Shown in pieces: positions 54,794 through 64,000 of a stretch of 64,000 nt of DNA; positions within the stretch are counted from its first letter, which is position 1; every line of letters begins with the position of its first letter. Where the stretch lies: the NCBI GenBank assembly GCA_951406725.2, contig OX597817.1:160208001-160272000 (forward strand). Direction: 5' to 3'. The stretch is from Octopus vulgaris. Its lineage: Eukaryota. The notes beneath the pieces are model-generated. The model made no database searches and had not been told where the DNA came from. It was given only the letters and a program-made list of their open reading frames with translations. The position numbers and the translations under genes are program-made.

Positions 54794-54944
54794 TAGTCTA
54801 ATGTGGAAATCCGTTCTGTTGATATTATATCTCAACAAGATCTCCACATCAATTTGAAGCTTCCACAGATACTGTGATGCTCTGCCTTAGAAGAAAATGA
54901 GAGAAGAGGCTTAAGATAGGTTATTCAATATTAAGTATCGTTAA

Positions 54945-55150
54945 GGTGGTGAGCTGGCAGAATCATGAGCATTCCGGCAAGATGCTTAGTGGCATTTCGT
55001 CCGTCTTCACGTTCTGCGTTCAAATTCCACCGAGACCAACTTTGCCTTTCATCCTTTCGGGGTCGACAAAATACGTACCTGTTGAACACTGGGGTCGATA
55101 TAATCGACTTACTCCCTCTCTCGAAATTGGCCTTGTACCAAAATTTGAAA
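54945..55150 (+). mobile_element. SINE family B (alternative tail)
   Basis: Match to family B. Confidence 0.8.
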
Positions 55151-56920
55151 CTAATATCTTTTGAGGTAGAATCTGCTGAAAAAAAAAAAAAACACCCGGC
55201 AGAACCACGTACAGTAACCAACTGAAGAGAACTACATCCTATGTTTCGAAAGAGAAGCACTCGGTTCTCAATGAGGTTCAATCCGATCTCAGAACTGTTG
55301 GACTTTAGTATCTCTTCAAAGCCCAGGAGGGGAAAACAATTTTGTATAAAACAAAATGTTATGCATGGGTAAGTTCCTACTAAATTTGAGAACGGTACTA
55401 ATATTCCCAAGATGCGAACGAAAATGACAATTATATCACGTTTCTGTGAAAGACATTACACATATGATCAGCAACTAACCAAAAATATCATCAAATTTCT
55501 ACCTTCTTATACAGAACGATATTGTTGCTGGTACAATATACAATGTCATCTGTTGTAAAGACTACTATATGATATATTTTATATCGGGAGACAGTTGTGT
55601 ATCTGGAAACTGGATATATTTAGAAAACACAAACAGAAGCATCTTCGGTCTGGGAGCAAAGAAAAGAAATTCGAGTTTAGCTAGGTTATATACACCCGCA
55701 ACGACGAAAAAAACATAAGCCATGAAGTGTAAATTTATGTTGAATTTCCACAGAACTAGAATATCTTCTCTTTACATACACGCGCACAGACCAACACACT
55801 CATGTATGTATGTATGTAAGTATGTATGTATGTATGTATGTATGTATGTATGTATGTATGTATGTATGTATGTATGTATGTATGTATGTGTGTGTATGTA
55901 TGTATGTATGTATGTATGTATGTATGTATGTATGCATGCGTGCGTGCATGTATGTATGTTTGTATGTATGTATGTATGTATGTATGTATATGTTGACTTG
56001 ACTATGGATATATGTATGTGTGTGTTTGTGTGTGTATGTATGTGTATTATACATACATATGTGTATATGTATGTTTAGTTGACTCAGTACTAAACATCAG
56101 CATCAGATAACTATACTTGAACATATATCCTACGAGGCAGAAGTTGACAGCTCTATTAAGAGAGAATGCAACATCAGAAACTTATGCTTTATGTATTACT
56201 TATTACTTACTATATAGAAAGATCTACTAAATCCTTGAGATCAACAAAAGAAGTAAGGTTTCCTCAAATTACTCACTGCTATCGAAAATGTTGACTGGAG
56301 TCAAATCAATAGGAAGTCAGCCATTGGCTGTGAAAGACCTTTTCTATAAAATGTAGCATTATTGCAATATTTGTCCAAAATCATATTTGTAGCAAACATT
56401 TTCTTCACTTACATACTAAAAGCAGATAGAAAAGGATTGACTCTTAAAATACATTAGCTTTGGAAACATTTTCCAGATCAGTAAAATATCCATTAGCGCT
56501 ATGAAATAACCATTAGTAACTTAAAATATTTATTAATACTATAAAATATCGTAATTGCTAGCAAGGCGACAGTGTATCGTTTTGTAACCATAATATACTA
56601 TTAAGTATATTCAAATGTTTACAAGTCAATATTGTTTCTTACTTTTGTGTTAGTAGTGCGATGTTCGCATTTCTAAGTTTAGTTCTAGCATATTATGGTT
56701 GTAGAACGAAATATCGTATCATTGCTAGCAATTAATGTTTATGTACCAGTTGCCAGGAATGTGTTTAATACGTAAATTGGTCTATGGAATAGTGTTACAC
56801 CGCTAAACTTAGTGGGTATTTAAGCAATGCAATCGTGGTTATTTGATGGGTTGGATTTGGTGCTGATGAAAGAACAATAACATTTGAAATATGCATATAC
56901 ACCCATCACTTATTTTTTCT

Positions 56921-57080
56921 AGGAGTGGCTGTGGGGTAAGTAGCTTGCTTACCAACCACATGGTTTCGGTTTCAGTCCCACTGTGTGGCACCTTGGGCAA
57001 GTGTCTTCTACTATAGCCTCGGGCCGACCGAAGCCTTGTGAGTGGATTTGGTAGACGGAAACTGAAAGAAGCCCGTCGTG

Positions 57081-57130
<50 letters not shown>

Positions 57131-57340
57131 CGTGTGTGTGTGTGTGTTTGTCCCCCAATATTGCTTGACAACCGATGCTGATGTGTTTACGTCCCCGTAA
57201 CTTAGCGGTTCGGCAAAAGAGACCGATAGAATAAGTACTAGGCTTACAAATAATAAATCCTGGGGTTGATTTGTTCGACTAAAGGCGGTGCTCCAGCATA
57301 GCCGCAGTCAAATGACTGAAACAAGTAGAAGAGTAAGGAG
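56921..57340 (+). mobile_element. SINE family A
   Basis: Match to family A. Confidence 0.88.
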
Positions 57341-57604
57341 TATACGAAGCATCGCAACTTCCAGTGCTGGCTCTGAATTCTAAAGAAAAATTCACTGAGG
57401 TAAACTTTAAAAGATAAAATATCTATATTTTTAATTATCAATGATTACTCTCGTTCCGTGCTGTATTGTACATCAAACCGTTCTTTGACTGTTCATTTAG
57501 CCTAACAGTGTTTTTTTTTCTGGAGACTAAATGAATGCTGAGAGTAATCTCTTACGAGCCTTCACACGGGGTAATGCAACCGATTAAATAAGGGAGAGGT
57601 GGAA

Positions 57605-57641
<37 letters not shown>

Positions 57642-57958
57642 GAGGAATCAACCTTCGTACTCGGCTAGAACCTTATCGACCTCAGTTGGATAAAAGGCAT
57701 GGTTGACAGCGACAGAATTCGAATTCAGAGTGCAGACAGTTGGAATAAATAGCTCAATACATTCTATCCGGCAATTTCATGACACTGCTGATTTAAAATG
57801 TCTATCACCCTAAAATTTCCATCCATAAGGACTATAGTGTGTGTATGTGTGTGAGCTCACGCGTGTCCTATATGATTCAAAATTGTACAAAAAAACAAGA
57901 CTGACAGTTGAGGAAACAACGAAGTGTATAAGTTTGACGCTCAGGAGAAATGGAAGAG

Positions 57959-57995
57959 TTTTTGACGTTTCGAGCTTACGCTCTTCTATAGAAAG
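57959..57995 (-). ncRNA. Decayed minimal hammerhead-like motif
   Basis: TTT-CTATAGAA-GAGC-GTAA-GCTC-GAAAC-GTC-AAA. Confidence 0.45.
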
Positions 57996-58634
57996 GAGTT
58001 ACAAACTCTTAGATATTCATCTGCATCCTAAAATATACACTAACGCAATAAAATATCTGATCATTATGAAATATAAAGTTACACCTTCAAATACTGAAGA
58101 TCGTTATAAATACATACATACGCTATAAAATATTAACTTACACTATGAATTATTCACCAACACCATAAGTTATCCATAAACACCATAAAATATATAGATA
58201 CATTATAAAATATCCGTAAACACTATCAAATATATAATTACATTCCAAAATATACACTGTCACTATAAAATAGTAACTAGTACTATATTACTGGCTTTAC
58301 TAGAAAAATATTTAGTAGCTCCATAAAAATATATCCCTCTAGATAGCATACTTAAAATATATACGCGGTCGATAGGCCTGTTACTGCGGTATTTATTCTG
58401 AGATAACATCTCTTATGCGTTTGCTTTGTTAAAAACACAATAAACATCAGAGATGTTATCTCGGGGAAAATACTGCAGTAATACTGGCTTATCAACGGTA
58501 TGTATAGATCAAGTGTGCTATAGAATGGGCTATTTTAATTATATACTACCTTAGTTGCGTATACCAGACTAGAAAATAAAATTGTTACATCGTAAACTAT
58601 ACACTTGCACTGTAAAATATACACTCCTCTAAAT

Positions 58635-59332
58635 TAGTATTTCTCAAACTATCTGATGTGGCGTACTGGCAGTTTGTTTTTCCAATGTGCCAGGGACCGG
58701 TAATATTTCTTAGTAATATCAGTTTATACCGGAAACAATATATATATAAGGAATATAATAAAAGTTGATAATTTTTTAAAATCTTATATTTATTTATTGG
58801 TGTAGGAGTGGCTGTGTGGTAAGTTGCTTGCTTACGAACTACATGGTTCCGGGTTCAGTCCCACTGCGTGGCACCTTGGGCAAGTGTATTCTACTATAGC
58901 CTCGGGCCGACCAAGTGGATTTGGTAGACGGAAACTGAAAGAAACCCGTCTTATGTATGTATGTATGTATGTGTCTGTGTATATATGTTTGTGACTGTAT
59001 TTGTCCCCCGCCCCAACATCGCTTGACAACCGATGCTGGTGTGTTTACGTTCCCCGTAACTTAGCGGTTCGACAAAAGAGATCGATAGAATAAGTACTAG
59101 GCTTACAAAGAATAAGTCCTGGGGTCGATGTGCTCGACTAAAGGCGGTGCCCCAGCATGGCCACAGTCAAATGACTGAACAAGTAAAAGGGTAAATAAAT
59201 AATACAATATTACATAAGCATTTTATAAGTATTTTATAATGTTTCTTTCTTTTCTGGAAACTCGCCGCGTGCCGGCAGTTGAAGGCTCGCGGACCGGCAC
59301 CGGCCCGCGGACTACCATTTTGAGTAGCACTG
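58635..59332. mobile_element. hAT (Buster/Charlie-type) MITE with nested SINE A (58798-59195, +)
   Basis: TAGTATTTCTCAAA / TTTGAGTAGCACTG termini; 8-bp TSD CTCTAAAT/CTCTAGAC. Confidence 0.8.
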
Positions 59333-59656
59333 CTCTAGACTATATGCTGGGCTATAAGATATATTGATTTAATTTAATCTACATACAGGCACTATAAAAT
59401 ATAGATACACCGTGAACTGTTCACTCGCAATATAAAATGTATAATTTACACACTAAAATATACATTAACACAATAAAATTTATAGGTACACTCTAGAATA
59501 TACACTAACTCGATAAAATACATAGTTATACTCTAAAATATACATTAGCACTAAACAATTTTTAAGTGCACCCTCAAGTATCCCCAAGCGTTATAAAATA
59601 TCAAATTACACTAGAAATTATTTTCTCACACTATATTATCCACTATTACTATGAAA

Positions 59657-60943
59657 TCTCTATATATATCAAACTGAAAATGTGTGTCTGTCTGTCTGTC
59701 TGTGTGTTTCCCTAAAACTTGAGAACTACACAACCAATTTCATTCAAATTTTACACATGCCTGACTTAGCGTCCATGTAGTTTCATGAGCAAAAAAAATG
59801 TTCAACTTCTTGCCTAGGGCGAGCTAATAGCAATATCATATCTTCTCCACTATTTCAGTATTACGTGTTAAAAGTGAAACAAAAACGTTTTTTTATTTTA
59901 TGTCAGATACTTTCACTTTAACAATAATAATAATAATAATTATATGTACTAAGTAATAATTAAAATCAAACTAAAGTATAATATAATCGTAACATAACAA
60001 AAGTAAAAATAGCAATTGGTATAAAATTACATCAATGACTTGAACTTGAATAAGTGGTTTCACATGAATGGGAATAAATTAAAAATAAAATTAGTTGCAT
60101 TTGTTAAATAATTGTAAACTGTAACCCTCCCCATTTGGGAGAAGGAGCTTTGGTTATTGTTTAAAAATTGAATTGTGTCCCTGTTTGGGGAAATTGACAA
60201 TATTTTCACCGTTTATACGGAAGCATTTTTGTTAGAATGCCTTCAAGAGAAGAAAGTCCAAAAATGAATTTCGCTGCAGCCGTCGGCGGGCGCGAACTCA
60301 TTAAAATTAAAATGGAAGAAATACAAACCTATTTCGGATTGATCACCGACAAAGACAGTGAATCTAAGATAACACCACCAAACGAAATAAAAAATTAAAT
60401 TAAAGAAAAGATTATTGTCTATAAAGTATACAATGTAGAGAAAAAAAAAAAGATTTGAACACCTGGAGGAAAGCACCATTGAAAAGTGTCTTGGTGCGAC
60501 TATGAAAGATATCTAACCAGAGGCGGTAAATTTGCCACAATAGAAGCAAGGTTCGAGTCAACGGAGCGTGCAAGGGAGTACTCGACTCGAACCTTGCAAA
60601 GTGGAAATATTTAATTTTTACCTTTATATCTGGGACGTAGGACGTCCCGGATAAAAATTACAAATGTCGCCCCAGAAGTAGAGGTAGGCTGGATTGTAGC
60701 CACACTTCTATACAAGAGGGAGGACAAGATACAATTGATCGAAATTGCAAGAGACGGGCCTACAATTCCAGTCTGTTATATATTTTGAGTATTGTTATCA
60801 CTAACGATATCAAGATATAACTGTATTTTGTATTTTATGTGTAAATGTATATATATAGATGTACATGTAATATGTACACATATATATACACATATATACA
60901 TGCACTAGCACTATGGCCCAGCAACGACGGGTCATAATGCTAG
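59657..60943 (+). mobile_element. Non-autonomous Helitron containing a degraded foreign ORF
   Basis: A|TCTCTATATATA start resembling 25201; 3' CCCAGCAACGACGGG..CTAG|T. That both ends belong to one element is inferred. Confidence 0.6.
60312..60765 (+). pseudogene. Degraded ORF fragment, possibly LINE (L1/Tx1-like) ORF1
   Basis: MEEIQTYFGL..FATIEARFESTERAREY..PLYLGRRTSRIKITNVAPEV with stops and frameshifts. Confidence 0.35.
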
Positions 60944-61469
60944 TTTTCTATATTTTTTTGAAACAGCTATAATCACTATAAGATATTCACATAAGTCAGT
61001 ATTTATTATCGCTATATTTACTATCACCATAACATGTTTACTAGTCGTGAAAAATATCTCTTAGACACAGGCCGAGATGTGCGGTTAGGAAGCTTGCTTC
61101 ACGGCCATGTGGTCTTGGGCTCAGTTCCACTGCGCGTCACTTTGGACAAGTGAATTTGAACTCAAAACCTAAAGGCGGGTGAAATACCGCTGACCATTTT
61201 TCCCTGGTGCGGTAACAATTCTACCAGTTTACTGTTTTAGTGAGCAGAGGAATATTAATAATGAATCTTTAAAAAAAAAAGCCTCCATTGCTGTCGTTCA
61301 TTTTACAAGAAGTGGTACCAAACCTCCTTCATATCATACCGTATCGTCTTAATAGAAAATACACATTGGACAATGTACGTAGTTATGGATACACAATGTG
61401 GATGGTTACGGTTGGAACATCTTTAATCCACAGATCTGCTCTGCCAGATTGGCCTGACTTAGGAGTAAT

Positions 61470-61524
<55 letters not shown>

Positions 61525-62279
61525 CACATCTAGCACCCCTACTACAGCAACAACTACTTATACTACTATTACTGCTACTGCTGCTAATACTACAATTACT
61601 TCTACTACAACCTCTACTACTACTGATACGCTATTGTTGCTGCTATTACTACCACCTCCATTACCCTCACCTCCACTACAACTACTACTACTCCCTAGTA
61701 ACATATGCGCTGGTGGAGTTTACGAGGGCTGTCGGCAAAAATATTTATAATAAGATGTGTAATGTTTATTAGATTAACACTAACTTAACTCTTGACAGAT
61801 GGCTGACGATTCGTCTCTCGGGAGTACTATGAATCATTTTTAAATACTCGAGGAATATTTTGATAGGATCAAATTGAAAAAGAATAAGAAATTCTCTCGT
61901 GAAATTGCAGTGATACTGTGTGCGCAGATGTCGGAATTAGATTTGAGGTGCAGACTGCGGGTCCCCGCAAGTAAAATATTTGCATGTTTTAGTTGGGAAG
62001 GAAATATTATGGCCAAGTTCCAAGAACTCTGAAAGAAAATTATCCCCAAACCGGAAAACTGTCCCCAACACTTGAATCAGTATGAACTCCGGTACAAGCA
62101 CGCGAGTTGCCAGATGGTGGTGTTTGGCCGAAGCGACGGGTTGACTTGGCTCAATTGGCCATGGCGGGATTTGAACTCAGAGCGCAGCACATAAGATGCC
62201 AGGGTGTTGTCTTAAGTCAGAGCTTAAATCCATCAGCAATGGCGGGATTTGAATTCAAAGCACAAAGAACCGGAACATG

Positions 62280-63372
62280 ATGCACTGATCTCATAATGCA
62301 TGTGCTCCCATACATTGCATAAAACTTTAGCAACATCTTAGCTCTACGTAATGATGCTGTCTACAAAATCAATTAGAATCTCTTGCAGGTGTTGCCCGGA
62401 CAAGAACAGTCTTTCAAATCCTTCGACACTATCATTGATCAGGACCAGGCTGTAGTTTTTCCAACTGAATTTCTGAACTCTCTACAGCCATCAGGGATGC
62501 TACCTCACCGCTTAACACTTAAAAAGGGGGCCCCAATCATGCTGCTCAGGAATCTGGATCCACCCCCGTCTGTGTAATGGCACCAGACTGGTTATGAAAG
62601 CGATGCGACCCCATGTCCTAGAGGCAATAATTATGACTGAGAACTATAAGGGTGAGGATGTCTTCATTCCACGGATCCCGTTAATCCCATATGACCTCTC
62701 CTTGGAATTTAAACCGTTCCAGTTCCCAGTGAAACTAAGTTTTGCTATGTCAATAAACAAGTCTCAAGGGCAATCTCTCAAGGTTGTTGGACTTCACCTT
62801 GCTTCTCTCATGAGCAATAATATGTAAGGTCCCCAATTAAAGGACACACTCAAAACATCGTATGTTTAGAAGCTCTAGGTAATTAAACTGTGATTGATTT
62901 CCGGATTTGTTTCAATACATTCGCTTATACCCACGTCATTTGATAGAACTTTTGTTAAATGTACTTATTGAAAGGAGGGGAGCACCTGCAGGTCGGTTCT
63001 TCACAAATTCATGCATTTTCAGATTCAAGTGTTTCTGATAAGAACTAACAATTGAAGGTGATTGCAAAGACAATTTAACCAATGAGAACATCGGATAAAA
63101 CATGTAATTGGCATTAATAGTTTGTACCTCAGTTAATTACTGTTGAGAACTGCATAATCCATGTTTTATTTTACTTAGAGATTTAAAAGGCATACTTAAA
63201 TTTCATTATCTTCAATAACCTGGGAAACGTCGGGTTATTTACGTATAAAGTTGGTATCTCAGCTACTAGGAGGTGAAGCCTGCGTAGTCTATGTTTCATG
63301 ATACAAATTTAAAAGGCATTTTTAGATTTCAATGTTTTCTTTAAACTGGGCAACGCCGGGTATTTCTGCTAG
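62280..63372 (+). mobile_element. Helitron 3' part with PIF1-like helicase pseudogene
   Basis: FPTEFLNSL..LKKGAPIMLLRNL..CNGTRL..IPRIPL..QFPVKLSFAMSINKSQGQSL; 3' hairpin CTGGGCAACGCCGGG and CTAG|T. Confidence 0.92.
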
Positions 63373-63552
63373 TATATCTTTATAGAATAGAGAAAAACAG
63401 CCAGCAACTGATGAAGGGTCGTTCTTTATGTTGTTTGTTTTGTTTTCCATTTGTGCCTTTCGTTGATCGAAAGAATAGTTCATGCTCCATGTACTCGTGC
63501 TTCGTATTTTTTTGTTGTACTCGTTTCGTGACGTCCTGTTCACAAACATATG

Positions 63553-63629
<77 letters not shown>

Positions 63630-63631
<2 letters not shown>

Positions 63632-63829
63632 CAATTCGAGACAAAACCACTATTTTAAAACCAAACAAGGAAAGACTTAATCAATACATAAAATTTTAAT
63701 ATAAATTAAATAAACCGCCACTACAATTGTTTCACTCGAATTATATTATATAATATTTTACTATAAAATTGGATTTAACCCTAAATCTGATTTTTCCCTG
63801 TAATTTTGGATTCATTCCCTAATATTTAT

Positions 63830-63835
<6 letters not shown>
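63630..63835. mobile_element. (TA)n-flanked repeat (deleted derivative at 13952-14000)
   Basis: Shared GAGACAAAA..TTTGGATT.ATTCCCTAATATTTATTA ends; contains the reverse complement of GAAACAATTGTA. Confidence 0.5.
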
Positions 63836-63868
<33 letters not shown>

Positions 63869-64000
63869 TATACGTATAAGATGTATGTACAAATACGTAT
63901 GTATATATGCATATATATATTTACATTATTTATATTATTATATGATTGAACGCCACGCATCCTCTTCCAAGTAAGTTTTATATATATACCGGAGTAAACA

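Noticed and set aside
62383-62827. Host PIF1 helicase gene
   Set aside because: Intronless, frameshifted and followed by a Helitron 3' hairpin and CTAG.

Overview
AT-rich, repeat-saturated eukaryotic non-coding DNA, most likely octopus (coleoid cephalopod) intronic or intergenic sequence; this is inferred from the SINE families and microsatellite load. No intact host gene is supportable. Nearly all listed ORFs are artefacts of (TA)n, (CA)n, (TACA)n, (TATC)n or (TAA)n repeats, or of SINEs. The window holds three tRNA-derived SINE families (my labels A, B, C; more than 35 copies or fragments), decayed DD37D (maT) and mariner transposases, R4/Dong-like retrotransposon fragments, a Penelope-like (PLE) reverse transcriptase fragment, three Helitrons and several MITEs. 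The most interesting signal is about 9 minimal hammerhead-ribozyme-like motifs in short repeats next to (TA)n tracts. These include a recurrent variant core and one G3-C8 compensatory variant. Several near-perfect foldback inversions pivot at or around such motifs. There is also a candidate double-pseudoknot RNA and SINE-B multimers sharing an identical junction. All alignments and folds were done by eye and need computational confirmation.
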